A DNA stretch of 64,000 nucleotides from Candidatus Latescibacterota bacterium. GTDB lineage: Bacteria; Latescibacterota; UBA2968; GCA-2709665. The notes under the pieces are model-generated. The model was not told the DNA's origin. It saw nothing but the letters and a program-made list of their open reading frames with translations, and did not search any database. The stretch is taken from the NCBI GenBank assembly GCA_965219995.1, contig CBDCOX010000002.1:3264001-3328000 (forward strand), in the 5' to 3' direction. Made by a program: the position numbers and the translations under genes. This document shows positions 9,464 through 20,168 of the stretch, piece by piece (positions within the stretch are counted from its first letter, which is position 1; every line of letters begins with the position of its first letter).

Positions 9464-9889
9464 ATGGACATACTCGACGTGACCTCGATCAGATACCAGA
9501 ATACTCTTGAGGGGATCGACTCCGACAATCTCGGGGGGCATTTCCAGGGTTGGCCGAATCCGCCCTCGCCGGATGCGCATCTGAGGATTCTTCAGGGCAG
9601 CGATTACCTCGTTCTGGCTGTTTCTCCGCAAGGAACGGTCGTCGGCTGGATTTCAGCCATCTCGGACGGCGTGTCCTGCGCATATATTCCACATCTAAGC
9701 GTACTGCCCGCATACCAGGGGAAGGGCATCGGCGCCGAGCTTGTCAGGCGGATGCGCGAACAGGTTGGACACCTTTACATGATCGACCTTGTGTGCGACC
9801 GGGACGTGGTTGATTTCTACGTCAAGCAGGGTTTCTCGGAATGCGTGGGGATGGTTGTACGAAATTTCGAGCGCCAGAACTGCGAATAG
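9464..9889 (+). CDS. GNAT-family acetyltransferase
   Basis: LSVLPAYQGKGIGAELV; VDFYVKQGF. Confidence 0.85.
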   Translation: MDILDVTSIRYQNTLEGIDSDNLGGHFQGWPNPPSPDAHLRILQGSDYLVLAVSPQGTVVGWISAISDGVSCAYIPHLSVLPAYQGKGIGAELVRRMREQVGHLYMIDLVCDRDVVDFYVKQGFSECVGMVVRNFERQNCE

Positions 9890-9896
9890 GGCCGTA

Positions 9897-10616
9897 ATGA
9901 CGCCTCACTCCCGCGACGGGATATCCGAAGAAACGGCTCGATACTATGCCGCGCGTGCTCCGGAATACGACCGCAGCGCGGGGTATCTGACGCTCGACGC
10001 ACATCCTTACCGCGCTGAGAAAAAGAAACGATACCAGCAACTGTTCAAGGGCCATGACGTCCTCGAAGTTGCGTGCGGGACGGGATATTGGACGGAAGCC
10101 CTGGCGGAAACCGCGAGGTCGGTTGTTGGCGTTGACGTCAACCCGGAGATGATCTCCCGAGCGGGCTCCAGGTGCGAACATCTCCCGCACGTGAAATTCC
10201 GTCTGGCTGACGCGTTTTCCCTGGACCCCTCGGTCGGCACATTCACCGCGGCGTTCGCTGTCTGGTGGTGGTCCCACGTCCCCAGGTCCCGCCTGCGGCA
10301 GTTTCTGCAATCGCTTCACCGCAGGCTGATTCCCGGAGCGCTTGTGCTGTTTTCGGACCAGCTTGAATATGAAATTCCCAGGGTTGACGGAATGGCCACG
10401 CAACGGCGCGAGGATTCCAACGGCGATACCATCGAGCGGCGTGTTCTCTCGGATGGGCGGGAGTACGATATCGTGAAGAATTTCCCGACCGAGCAGGAGC
10501 TTGTTTCAGCCGTGAGTGGCTTCGGATCGGACATTCAGTATCGGGAGTGGCCGGGGGAAAAGCATTGGGAACTGACGTACAAGTCCGGCAAAACGCAAGA
10601 TAGGGCAAAACCCTGA
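9897..10616 (+). CDS. Class I SAM-dependent methyltransferase
   Basis: YYAARAPEYD, VLEVACGTGYWT, WWSHVP. Confidence 0.88.
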   Translation: MTPHSRDGISEETARYYAARAPEYDRSAGYLTLDAHPYRAEKKKRYQQLFKGHDVLEVACGTGYWTEALAETARSVVGVDVNPEMISRAGSRCEHLPHVKFRLADAFSLDPSVGTFTAAFAVWWWSHVPRSRLRQFLQSLHRRLIPGALVLFSDQLEYEIPRVDGMATQRREDSNGDTIERRVLSDGREYDIVKNFPTEQELVSAVSGFGSDIQYREWPGEKHWELTYKSGKTQDRAKP

Positions 10617-11060
10617 ATAGCATCTACTGTCCTGTCCCAAAAATACCTCACCATTCTTCCGCCGATTCATCCCGTCTCGCGGCGTTGCCTTCGCTCGCCG
10701 ACCTGGCCAGGTCGCCTGCGCTCTGGCGCCTTGCGAGCCGGGCGACTCGACGGCCGAATTCAGGCAACTTATTTCCGGGACAGAACACTACCAACTCCTC
10801 GAGTATTGCGAGATCGCATTCTCTCTCCGCGATTTTCCGCGGGAGGTAGACGTTCTGGAGGAGGCCGCCCGTCGCTTTTCAGAGATCCCTGTCAAGACCT
10901 TTCTCGAGATCGGATGCGGCAACAGCCCCCTCATGGAAGAGCTGGCAGGCAGAGGCTACGATTTCATAGGAATCGACACAAGTGACGAAATGCTCACGTA
11001 CTCGAAGGAGAATGCCAGGAACAGGGGAGATCACGCGCGGTTTGTGAAGGCGATCATGGA
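10613..11060 (+). pseudogene. MITE-interrupted, truncated SAM methyltransferase
   Basis: Removing the MITE and one TSD gives (L)NSIYQLLEYCEIAFSLRD...FLEIGCGNS...FIGIDTSDEML; family resemblance ends near a CTCTGCG repeat at ~11065. Confidence 0.75.
10628..10787. mobile_element. 160-bp MITE with terminal inverted repeats and CTAC target duplication
   Basis: TGTCCTGTCCCAAAAATA ... TATTTCCGGGACAGAACA; CTAC at 10624-10627 and 10788-10791. Confidence 0.8.
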
Positions 11061-11131
11061 AGGCCGTTCTCTGCGTTCTCCGCGGGCTCTGCGGGCAAAA
11101 AAAAACGGTACGGATTTTGGAGATCATCGCT

Positions 11132-13390
11132 ATGATCAAGCCAAGTCACGAGTGGGTACGGCGGGCGCGCACCTTTCAGATAGAGCAATACCACCCGCCC
11201 TTCTGGCCCGATATCGATTTTGACGCGAAGCAGCTCGTCGATGTCGTGCGGAAATACCACGCCAACGCTATCCGGTTCGGCAGCGCGGGCAAATGGGCGG
11301 TCTTCCCCAATGAGTTCTTTCCCCCGCACCCTCAATTAGGTGAGCGCGACCTGCTCGCCGAGACCATCGCCGAGGCCCATGCGCGGGACGTCCGCGTCAT
11401 CGGGTACATTCCCGTGGGGCACATTATTCCCGAAGACAACATGCTGATCCATCATCCGGAGTGGATGTACCGCCCCAGCCCCGAAGGCAACGCTCCTGTC
11501 CTGAGGCACCACGGCGGCGGATTTCACCGGCACGTCTGCTTCAACACACCGTACCGAGAGGCCATCTGCGCTTTCATCGCACAAGTGGTGGACCACGACG
11601 TCGACGCGATCTACACCGATTCTGCCTGTCCTTACCATTCGCACCACACCCCGCAGTCGCCCTTGTGCTACTGCGACTATTGCCTCGAGAAGTTCGAGAG
11701 GCAATTCGGCTGCCCAATGCCGTATGCACCCGATCCGCACAGCCTGCCTCGGGAAGACCGGGAGATGCTGGAAGAGTGGAGTCTGCAGTACGGCAGGATC
11801 GTCGGCGATGTCTTTCTCGAATTCGCCGCTGCGACGCGAAAGAAGAAGGACATCCCCGTGCTGACGCACGGCCTGGGTGTGGGCGACTGGCCCGAACGCA
11901 GGATCGTGGAGGTGCACGATGGATTCCTCTACGAGGCCGGGGGCGACTTCCTTCATCGGCTAGAGGCGGCCAGTCTGGCCGAGTCGTCGGGTTGGACCAT
12001 GTGGCAATACGTCGGCGCCTTGACGGGCTGGTCGCGGGCGCAGTGCTTCGGCATGGAACTCGTCGAGGAGGCGGCAGCCAGCTTTGCTTCCGGAGGGGGC
12101 GTCCTGGTGGCGTGCGGCGTGAACCTTTGGCTGTCGCCTCCCCACAAAGCCAATCGTGAGCTGGCGGAGCTCCTTGAGATCCTGGAGAGGAATGAATCAC
12201 TCTTCGAAGATCTCCACCCGTCACCGTTTGTTGCGATTCCATTTGTTTTGCCGGTGCGGGTGTATGAGATGCTCGAGCGGTTGCGGTTCCGCGCCGAGCC
12301 CCTGGTGATGCGCGATCGTCCGCGCGATGTCATCGGCCAGTCCAGGCAGGACCTCGCCGACCGCCCGGGGGAGCTTGAGGCCCCGCTCTCCGAGGCGGGC
12401 TATCTCGTACGCACGCCCCCGCAGCAATCCTGCCGTCGCGGGGCCTTCTCGGCCATGCTGGCCAACCATTTGCCGACATCGGTGATCGAGGAGCGGGTTC
12501 TCTCCGATCCAGCGGCGTTGGCAAAGTATCCTGTTCTGTTTCTGCCCAACGTCGGCCATCTCACGCGGGAGGAAGTCGAGGGCATCACGGAATATGTGAA
12601 TGCGGGCGGGCGGCTCCTGGCGACGTACCGGACGAGCCTGTACGGTGCCGAGCCCGATGAGATGCGCGACAACTTCGCCCTGGCGGACCTTCTGGGCGTG
12701 GACCGCGTGGACCCGAACCCCGACCAATTCGCTGATTACGAACAACACCTCTGGGCCGCCGGGACGTTCGACACGTACGGCTGCTGCGTTCCGGGTCAAT
12801 GGCTGGCCGAGGGGTGCTCGCATGAGCTGTGGCCGCTCAATCGGTTCGAGTTCGTCCAGGCGCGGCCGGGAACCGACGTGGTGGCGAACATCGTCTTCGG
12901 CGGGCGCGAGGACGACGCTCTGTGTCCCGCCGTCACCTGCCGGACGGTTGGCAAGGGCCGCGTCGTCTATCTGGCCGCGCCGGTGGAGGAGCTTCATTTC
13001 GAATATCGCCTGCTGGTGATCCGCGATCTTCTGGGCGCCGTGGTGGATTGGCTATACCCGGAGGGCCGGCCTCTGATGACCGACGGCCCGAACCAACTCG
13101 TGATGATTCCGAATGAGAAACCGGGAAGCCAGGTGTTGTTTCTGATCAATCACACCGGCGAGCGCGTCGAGCATCTGCCGGAGATCTGGCCGCGCTTCAG
13201 CCCACAGTTTGACTATGTGACCACGATACCCGAAGTGAACCTGCGCTGGCAGCTCACGGAGCGGGGCACTCCTCGTCGCGTGTGGGACGTTTGCACGGGA
13301 GATGACCTGGAGGTCACGTTCGACGGAAACCACCTGGAAACCATATTAACGAACATCGGACAGTACGCGATGATTGCCGCTGAGTTCTGA
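11132..13390 (+). CDS. Putative glycoside hydrolase (TIM barrel plus beta-galactosidase trimerisation-like domain)
   Basis: RDLLAE.IAEAH, HPEW, CFNTPYR, CYCDYC, YPVLFLPN, EYVNAGGRLLATY, GKGRVVY. Confidence 0.7.
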   Translation: MIKPSHEWVRRARTFQIEQYHPPFWPDIDFDAKQLVDVVRKYHANAIRFGSAGKWAVFPNEFFPPHPQLGERDLLAETIAEAHARDVRVIGYIPVGHIIPEDNMLIHHPEWMYRPSPEGNAPVLRHHGGGFHRHVCFNTPYREAICAFIAQVVDHDVDAIYTDSACPYHSHHTPQSPLCYCDYCLEKFERQFGCPMPYAPDPHSLPREDREMLEEWSLQYGRIVGDVFLEFAAATRKKKDIPVLTHGLGVGDWPERRIVEVHDGFLYEAGGDFLHRLEAASLAESSGWTMWQYVGALTGWSRAQCFGMELVEEAAASFASGGGVLVACGVNLWLSPPHKANRELAELLEILERNESLFEDLHPSPFVAIPFVLPVRVYEMLERLRFRAEPLVMRDRPRDVIGQSRQDLADRPGELEAPLSEAGYLVRTPPQQSCRRGAFSAMLANHLPTSVIEERVLSDPAALAKYPVLFLPNVGHLTREEVEGITEYVNAGGRLLATYRTSLYGAEPDEMRDNFALADLLGVDRVDPNPDQFADYEQHLWAAGTFDTYGCCVPGQWLAEGCSHELWPLNRFEFVQARPGTDVVANIVFGGREDDALCPAVTCRTVGKGRVVYLAAPVEELHFEYRLLVIRDLLGAVVDWLYPEGRPLMTDGPNQLVMIPNEKPGSQVLFLINHTGERVEHLPEIWPRFSPQFDYVTTIPEVNLRWQLTERGTPRRVWDVCTGDDLEVTFDGNHLETILTNIGQYAMIAAEF

Positions 13391-13498
13391 TTCAGCGACA
13401 AAGCGGGCTTACCGAACCATTTCGTTCCGATGATTGTCACATCCCACTAACAAACTCAAATCGCAAATGCGACGATCTGTGAGAGAAAGGGTTGCCTC

Positions 13499-15079
13499 AT
13501 GACCGAAACGGAAAAATACCTCTTCAATGTTCCACGGAGCGGGTCCAGGGCGCCGATGACCGAGGAGCAGAGGTGGGCCTTCGAGCTCGACGGCTATATC
13601 CTCCTCCCGAGCCTGCTCGGCGCGCCGGCAGCGGCGCACGCCACACCCGCCGCTCTGGCTGAGCATCCGGACTTGCTGGCTGCGATTGATCAGCTGGCTG
13701 GCGGGGAGTTACCGCTGTGGCATCGCGCTGCGTACGACGGTACTGAAGGGAAGGAACAGGAGTTCCACACGATCAAGTTTGAGCTGGACCGGCCGTCGCG
13801 CCGCCTGACCAAAGAGGGGCAGTGGGCCAATGATCTGACGGTGGATGAGCAGCGCCGGCTGGGCTACGACACGACCAGCCGGCCCGACCGGGTGTGCGTC
13901 TGGGGGCTGCGCGCGCTGTGGGCCGTGGGCGACAGCTGCGTGGTGGTGTGCCCTGCGTCGCACAAAGCCAACGTCCAGCCGCCCCCGAGCATGGCGCGCG
14001 CCGAGGAGCTCGGGGCGACGGAGCGCGTGCAGCTCCGCGCTGGCGACTGTCTGCTCGCGGTTGCCACCACGCTGGTCGGCGCCGCCCCAGGCTCCTCGCT
14101 GCAGGAGTGCATCTTTTGCGACGACTCCCGCTACCCTGGGGGGGCCATCGGCCACGGCGCGACGGGTGTGGACAGCTGGCTGGATGAGCTCACGCCGGCG
14201 CGCCGAGCGCTGGTGGCCGGCCCACCACGCGGCCTCGGCCACGACGGCCAGCCCCTCAGCAACGAGCAGCAGCTGGCGCCGTCGCTGCTGGACGTCAACA
14301 CGCGGCCTGACGCTCCGAACCACGAGGAGGTCTGGTTCTGGGACCTGAGAGGCTACCTGGTGCTGCCTGGCGTGATGGACCGTGAGTGGTTAGCGCAGTG
14401 CAATGCAGCGCTCGACTCGCCCTTCGCCGAAGCCAACCGTCGGCCGGTGAGCTTTTCGAGCAGTGTCGTGGGCGAGTACCCGGACTACGAGGGCTGTTCG
14501 CAGACTATTGCCCCGGCCCCGGGCACGCGCTGCACCGAAGAGCGCGTCTCGCAGACCTGGACCCATCCCCCACCCTTCAGCGACGGCTTTCGTCGCATGA
14601 TCGACAATCCGCTCGTGAACGCGCGGCTGAAGTGGATGATTGACCCGGGCTTCGTCATGACGGCGTGCTACACAATCGTCAGCCGCGACGGGGCGGCCGG
14701 CCAGCCTCTACATGGCGGCTGGTTTTACGGCGCCGGCCCTAACTATCATTTCCGGGACGGACAGCCTCGTACGGAGCAGGTGAACATCGGCTGGCTGCTC
14801 CAGGACGTCGAGACGGCGACGGGCGACGGCGGACTGATGTTGGTCCCCGGAAGCCACAAAGCGCGGCTACCGCTGCCGCGCCCGAAGCAAACCAGCTGCG
14901 ACCTGCCGCAGGTCAAGCATATGCAGGGCGTTGCCGGGACGGTGATCATGTACCCAGGCACGACGACGCACGGCGTGCGCAGCTGGCGCAACCCCAATCG
15001 CGAACGGCGCTTCGTCAACACCAAAGCGGGACCCAATATACGGCGGCCGGAGCACGGGGCGGCGCAACCGAGCCCCTGA
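13499..15079 (+). CDS. Tandem two-domain PhyH-family protein (degenerate N-domain, HxG C-domain)
   Basis: FELDGY...CPASHK (domain 1); FWDLRGY...PLHGGW...GDGGLMLVPGSHK...TTHG (domain 2). Confidence 0.8.
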   Translation: MTETEKYLFNVPRSGSRAPMTEEQRWAFELDGYILLPSLLGAPAAAHATPAALAEHPDLLAAIDQLAGGELPLWHRAAYDGTEGKEQEFHTIKFELDRPSRRLTKEGQWANDLTVDEQRRLGYDTTSRPDRVCVWGLRALWAVGDSCVVVCPASHKANVQPPPSMARAEELGATERVQLRAGDCLLAVATTLVGAAPGSSLQECIFCDDSRYPGGAIGHGATGVDSWLDELTPARRALVAGPPRGLGHDGQPLSNEQQLAPSLLDVNTRPDAPNHEEVWFWDLRGYLVLPGVMDREWLAQCNAALDSPFAEANRRPVSFSSSVVGEYPDYEGCSQTIAPAPGTRCTEERVSQTWTHPPPFSDGFRRMIDNPLVNARLKWMIDPGFVMTACYTIVSRDGAAGQPLHGGWFYGAGPNYHFRDGQPRTEQVNIGWLLQDVETATGDGGLMLVPGSHKARLPLPRPKQTSCDLPQVKHMQGVAGTVIMYPGTTTHGVRSWRNPNRERRFVNTKAGPNIRRPEHGAAQPSP

Positions 15080-15125
15080 TGACCTCTGGCATTTTGTCGT
15101 GGTTCCTGCCGAAGGATAAAGAAAA

Positions 15126-15962
15126 GTGATACAAGTACAGCCCACCAAAACGCGATTCGTTGATATTCATCACCTGAACTGGGATCTGAAGTGGTCCATC
15201 CAGTTTCCGGAAGTCATCACGTCGATGAATGGTGTGACGATGATGTGGCAGAAGATCTGCCCTCAATGGACCAGGACCGGAGATAACGCGTGGGCATACG
15301 AATGGCAAACGACGCCTGAGTATATCGAGAAGCAACTGGCATACCGTCAAACGGATCCCTCAGGGAAGGTGATTCGACACAACTTCATAACAGGTCTTGT
15401 TCTCAGAGCAGCGTTGTCCGGACGCGAGGACAGCGTCGAATTGACGTTGACCCTCACGAATCAGTCATCCGCGAAATTCTATGACGTCGCTTCCGATGGT
15501 GGATGTCTCCAGGCAAAGTCATCCGATTTCATCGATCAGGATGAAGTCAGACGATCGTACATCCTGGTCAAAGGCAAGCCGGAAAACATGGGCGATCTTC
15601 ACAGAACGGTGGATATTCGGACCGCGTATCATGCGGATCTTACGGACTACGAAAAAGAGTGGGTAAACAGTACCGAGTGGTTCTGGGGAAGAAGCAACAC
15701 GGCCATAGATCAACCGGCCATCCTGGGCGCCGTTTCTCACGACAGGTCCAGGGCAGTGGCGTTGGGATATGAGTGCGCAACTTCGGCTTTGCAGAACGCT
15801 GACGGGCATCATTGCCTGCATAGCAGACCTCATTTTGGTGATATCGAACCGGGGCAGTCAGTGACCCGCAAAGGCTGCATCCTGTTCGGCAGCGAGTTCC
15901 CTTCGCTGGCAAAGCGACTTGGCAAACAACTCACCAGACCGGACACGTCAAAACCTGAATAA
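15126..15962 (+). CDS. Hypothetical protein
   Basis: 278-aa ORF filling the gap; no recognisable motif. Confidence 0.6.
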   Translation: MIQVQPTKTRFVDIHHLNWDLKWSIQFPEVITSMNGVTMMWQKICPQWTRTGDNAWAYEWQTTPEYIEKQLAYRQTDPSGKVIRHNFITGLVLRAALSGREDSVELTLTLTNQSSAKFYDVASDGGCLQAKSSDFIDQDEVRRSYILVKGKPENMGDLHRTVDIRTAYHADLTDYEKEWVNSTEWFWGRSNTAIDQPAILGAVSHDRSRAVALGYECATSALQNADGHHCLHSRPHFGDIEPGQSVTRKGCILFGSEFPSLAKRLGKQLTRPDTSKPE

Positions 15963-16064
15963 TTCACAAAAATGGAATCGTTTCCTTTCCCAAGTCACTA
16001 AACGACCCTGTTCCGGCGCACTCTAGGCGGAGAAGCTCGGATATGGGGTTCTGGAGAGTTGAAA

Positions 16065-16256
16065 ATGAGAAATGAATTCACGGCAGTGATCGAACAAGAC
16101 GACGAATGGACAATTGCCTATTGCCCTGAGATCACGGGCGCCAATGGACAGGGCAAGACCAAGGATGAAGCCCTTGAAAGCTTGCGAGATGCGATATCGC
16201 TTATCCTCAAGGATCGTCGGGAGGATGGACTTCGCGCCTCAAAACAAAGTTCTTGA
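16065..16256 (+). CDS. hicB: Orphan HicB-like antitoxin, possibly C-terminally truncated
   Basis: FTAVIEQDDEWTIAYCPEITGANGQGKT.DEA..SL.DAI; no hicA adjacent. Confidence 0.65.
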   Translation: MRNEFTAVIEQDDEWTIAYCPEITGANGQGKTKDEALESLRDAISLILKDRREDGLRASKQSS

Positions 16257-16394
16257 TGAAATGGAGTCCGCGTCGTATATTTCGAATCGACAGACAACGG
16301 GTCGCCAACGTCCCGCCGACGCAAATTTCGCAAAAACGGCCTTTCAATCGGAGGATTTTCGGTATTTAGGTAATCCGACATTGCGATAGTAATT

Positions 16395-16547
16395 CCGGAT
16401 TCAGGTTACAAAACAGGGAAAACGGTGAAAATCCGTTGCGGTCCCGCCGCTGTAACTGGGGATGTTTCTCGCAACGACGCCACTGGTTAACTACCGGGAA
16501 GGCGCGGGAAACAGGTGATCCAGGAGCCAGAAGACCTGCCTGAGTCT
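16395..16547 (+). ncRNA. Cobalamin riboswitch
   Basis: AACAGGGAA..CGGTGAAAATCCG..GCGGTCCCGCCGCTGTAA, GCCACTGG..CCGGGAAGGC and B12 box AGCCAGAAGACCTGCC, upstream of btu/cbi genes. Confidence 0.95.
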
Positions 16548-16844
16548 CAGACCATATGTTTTTCCTCGTGGATTTGGGAAACGGTGACACAAACGCGTGC
16601 TTCGGCCGCGTGGTTGGTTATGACCCTGATTTCCGCCAGGAAATCGGGGATTTTTTTTAAGGCGGGGAGAGGTGAGACGGGAGAGGTGAGAGGAAAACCC
16701 TGCTCCACCGGATCACCGAATAAAGCGAGATGTGAATCGTACAAGGGGCAGGTTACGGTTTGCGCCATGTAATTGGCTACGAATGACCTGAAGTCTCTCC
16801 TGGAGCTATTGAGGGTCGAATGCGGATCGTTGGAGGCTGATTTA

Positions 16845-17969
16845 ATGTTGGATTTCAGATTCTGGACACGATTGCTCTGTTGCATCGGCATGTGCGGGAC
16901 GGCGGTACCCGTTAGCGCGGAAGTGTCATTGCGATACGCCGAGGGGTTTCGCGTTGACTATTTCGACGGGTACAAGGTCGCGACCGTCCTGGCGCCGGGG
17001 ACGGGCGCGAGGGATACGCTTCGGTACGTCCTGGTATCGCGCGACGGGAAATCGCCGGATGGTTATGCAGGGGCGCCGAGGATACGGATTCCCGTGAGGT
17101 CGCTGATCACCACGTCCACAACGCACCTGCCGCATATCGAAAAACTGGACGAGATTCAATGCCTCGTTGCGGTGGACAACGTCAAATTCGTCAACTCGAA
17201 GGCCGTCAGACAGCGGTTCGCGGCAGGGAAAATAGAGGAAGTCGGCAGGGGAAGGTCGATCGATTTGGAGCGGGTTCTCGTACTCCAGCCCGAACTCGTC
17301 ATCATCGACGCGCCGTCGCAGGACAACGCATTCCATTCGCTTCAGCAGGCGGGCGTGGCCGCCGTGGTGAATGCCGCCTATGCCGAACCGACGCTGCTCG
17401 GGCGCGTGGAGTGGCTCAAATTCATGGGCGCCTTTTTCAACAAGGAAGCAATGGCCGCCGCGCAATTCGACAGTATCGCGGCCAGGTACGAGGTGCTCAG
17501 ATCGTTGACCGGGAATGTGCCGCGCCAAGAGAAGCCGACCGTTTTCGTGGGATCCCTGTGGCGCGGGACGTGGTTTATGTCCGGCGGCAAGTCCTATCCC
17601 TCGCAACTGCTCGAGGACGCCGGCGCGAATTACCTGTGGGGAGACAATGAATCGCGACGGAGTTTGTCGCTGGACTTCGAAGCGGTTTACGAAATAGCGC
17701 ACAATGGCGATTTCTGGATCACCATGAGGAACGAATGGCTATCCATAGACAACGTCGTCGCGGAAGATGAACGATACGGGCAATTCAAGGCGGTCAGAAC
17801 GGGGAACGTCTTCAACGCCAACGCGAGGCTCAACGCAAATGGCGGCAACGATTATTGGGAAACCGGCCTGATCGAGCCGGACGTTCTTCTGGCCGACATC
17901 ATTAAGATCCTGCATCCCGACCTGCTGCACGATCACCAGCTCAAATATTATCGAAAGCTGGATCCATAG
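16845..17969 (+). CDS. Corrinoid ABC transporter substrate-binding protein (BtuF-like)
   Basis: Signal peptide; EPTLLGRVEWLKF, LEDAGANYLW, GNDYWE...PDVLLADI..ILHP; TGGAGG RBS. Confidence 0.85.
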   Translation: MLDFRFWTRLLCCIGMCGTAVPVSAEVSLRYAEGFRVDYFDGYKVATVLAPGTGARDTLRYVLVSRDGKSPDGYAGAPRIRIPVRSLITTSTTHLPHIEKLDEIQCLVAVDNVKFVNSKAVRQRFAAGKIEEVGRGRSIDLERVLVLQPELVIIDAPSQDNAFHSLQQAGVAAVVNAAYAEPTLLGRVEWLKFMGAFFNKEAMAAAQFDSIAARYEVLRSLTGNVPRQEKPTVFVGSLWRGTWFMSGGKSYPSQLLEDAGANYLWGDNESRRSLSLDFEAVYEIAHNGDFWITMRNEWLSIDNVVAEDERYGQFKAVRTGNVFNANARLNANGGNDYWETGLIEPDVLLADIIKILHPDLLHDHQLKYYRKLDP

Positions 17970-17972
17970 CCT

Positions 17973-20168
17973 ATGCGAATCATGCGATCCCTGATATTCC
18001 TGACTCTCTGTGCAAGTACGCCGCTTCAGGCAGCGGAGATTACGGGCCGCGTCATCGATGCGGACACCCAAATGCCCGTCGCCGATGCGCGCGTTCGCGT
18101 TCTCAACGCCGACCTCGCGGCGGTGACGGATGACCGCGGTCATTTTTTCATTCGCGACCTCGCGGCCGGCATCCATACGCTCGCCATCACGCACATCGCG
18201 TATCGGTCCGGGCAACGCAGGGTCCACGTGAGTGACGAGATTTACGTTGCCATCGAGCTGACGCCGCGGGCGTTTCCCCTCGATGAGTTCCCCGTGATTG
18301 CCGATCCGACGGGACCCGGCGACATCCACAGAAGTCCGGCCTATGCCACCGTGATCACGCGCGAGAGCTTCGAGGGAAGAGAGACGACCCTTCCGGACGT
18401 CCTGGCCGAGGCCACGGGCGTACACGTCAAGCGCCTGGGCGGGCTGGGCGCATTCAGCACGATTTCCCTACGGGGTTCGTCCGCCGATCAGGTCGAAGTG
18501 TATCTCGACGGCGTTCTTTTAAATGCCGCCTTCGGCGGGGGCGTGGACCTCGGCAACCTGCCGCTCGCGCACGTCGGGCAGATCGAAGTGTATCGAGGCG
18601 CGGGCGCCCGGGGCAACGGCCTGGGCGGGGCGGTGCACGTACGCACGCGTCCCACGCAGGCACCGTGGCGCCATGACGTTCGCGGTTCGTGGGGGGCTTT
18701 CGACACACGGTTGATGAGCGGCATGATCGCGGGCGGGCTCGGGCGGTCGGAGTTTCTTGCCGTGGCCGACTATGCGCAAAGCGACAACGATTTCGGATTT
18801 CTGGACGACAATGGAACCGAATACAATGCCGATGACGACGTCTGGTCCAGGCGCCGGAACAACCACCACCGGTCCCTCAATCTGCTGGGGAAATGGCGAC
18901 GCGCGCTCGGGGAAAACAGCGAAGTGTCCCTCCACGAGACGATGTACTGGAAGGACCAGGGCATGCCGGGCATCAGTAACAATCAATCGCGGAATGCACA
19001 GTTGGATGCCTTCCGGACGATGACGGAGATCACATACGAGAATCGGGCGCTGGCGGGTGCCATGAGTACGCGCCAGTCGTTTTACGTCACACACACCAGG
19101 GAGCGATTCCGCGATCCCGACGGCGAAGTTGGGATTGGAAGGCAGGATAACGAATATCGCACGCGCACGTATGGATGGCGGGGCCGCATCAGAACCGTTC
19201 TGCTGTCCCGATGCGATGTCTCGGCGGCGACCGGCGTCCGCAGAGAGTCCTACTTCCCGACTACGCGCATCCGCAACATCGCGAATTTCTTCGACAGCCG
19301 GCGATGGGTCGTATCCGCACGTTCGGGCGCAGACGTTACCCTGCCGGGGATATCCGGCGTCTGGTCTCTTAATGCCGAACACCGGCTCATCCACAGTTCG
19401 TTTACGGGAGCCAATCCATTCGATTTTTCGCCGCTTGCGCCCGATTCGGCGAATACCCGCAATCTAACGAGCGTTCGTACGGGCGTTCGACTGGATCTGA
19501 CGTCCCGCCTTGCGTTCAAGGCCAATGCAGGGCGCGTATTCCGGATTCCCTCGTTCTTCGAGCTCTTCGGCGACCGCGGCGGCGTGGTAGGCAACGTCAA
19601 TCTCCGGCCGGAATGCGGTTTTGCGTTGGACGGGGGCCTGCGCTGGTCCGGCGAGGCGAACTCGTTGGAGTTTGCGGTTTTCGATCACCGCTATGAAGAC
19701 CTGATCCAGTTTGTCCACACGTCGCAAGCCACGTCTCGCCCCGTAAACATCGGCAGCGCCCGGGTGTACGGGATCGAAATCTCCGCGCAAAGACGCCTCG
19801 GTCGCTACGTCAACGTCTCCGGAAATTACACGTATCAGGATGCCAGAAACCGATCGGAAATCCCCTACCTGTCCGGCAACGTACTGCCCAATCGACCGCC
19901 CCACGCGCTGTTCGTCCGTGCGACGGCGCAACTGGGACGCTTTACCGCCGCGTATGACTACAGCCTGGAGGACGGCAGCTTTCTCGATCAGTCGAACCGG
20001 CGCCCCCTTTCGTCACGGCACATTCACAACGCCGGCGTGAAACTGAATACCGGACGGCGGTTCCAAATCGGAATGGAGGCAAAGAATATCGCCGGCGCCC
20101 AAGTTGCCGATACATGGGGCTATCCGTTACCCGGGCGCGCGTTTTTCGTGAGCGTGAATACGGAATAG
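17973..20168 (+). CDS. TonB-dependent receptor (BtuB-like)
   Basis: N-terminal carboxypeptidase-like domain, plug SLRGSSADQVEVYLDGV, RIPSFFELFG, C-terminal GYPLPGRAF. Confidence 0.9.
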   Translation: MRIMRSLIFLTLCASTPLQAAEITGRVIDADTQMPVADARVRVLNADLAAVTDDRGHFFIRDLAAGIHTLAITHIAYRSGQRRVHVSDEIYVAIELTPRAFPLDEFPVIADPTGPGDIHRSPAYATVITRESFEGRETTLPDVLAEATGVHVKRLGGLGAFSTISLRGSSADQVEVYLDGVLLNAAFGGGVDLGNLPLAHVGQIEVYRGAGARGNGLGGAVHVRTRPTQAPWRHDVRGSWGAFDTRLMSGMIAGGLGRSEFLAVADYAQSDNDFGFLDDNGTEYNADDDVWSRRRNNHHRSLNLLGKWRRALGENSEVSLHETMYWKDQGMPGISNNQSRNAQLDAFRTMTEITYENRALAGAMSTRQSFYVTHTRERFRDPDGEVGIGRQDNEYRTRTYGWRGRIRTVLLSRCDVSAATGVRRESYFPTTRIRNIANFFDSRRWVVSARSGADVTLPGISGVWSLNAEHRLIHSSFTGANPFDFSPLAPDSANTRNLTSVRTGVRLDLTSRLAFKANAGRVFRIPSFFELFGDRGGVVGNVNLRPECGFALDGGLRWSGEANSLEFAVFDHRYEDLIQFVHTSQATSRPVNIGSARVYGIEISAQRRLGRYVNVSGNYTYQDARNRSEIPYLSGNVLPNRPPHALFVRATAQLGRFTAAYDYSLEDGSFLDQSNRRPLSSRHIHNAGVKLNTGRRFQIGMEAKNIAGAQVADTWGYPLPGRAFFVSVNTE

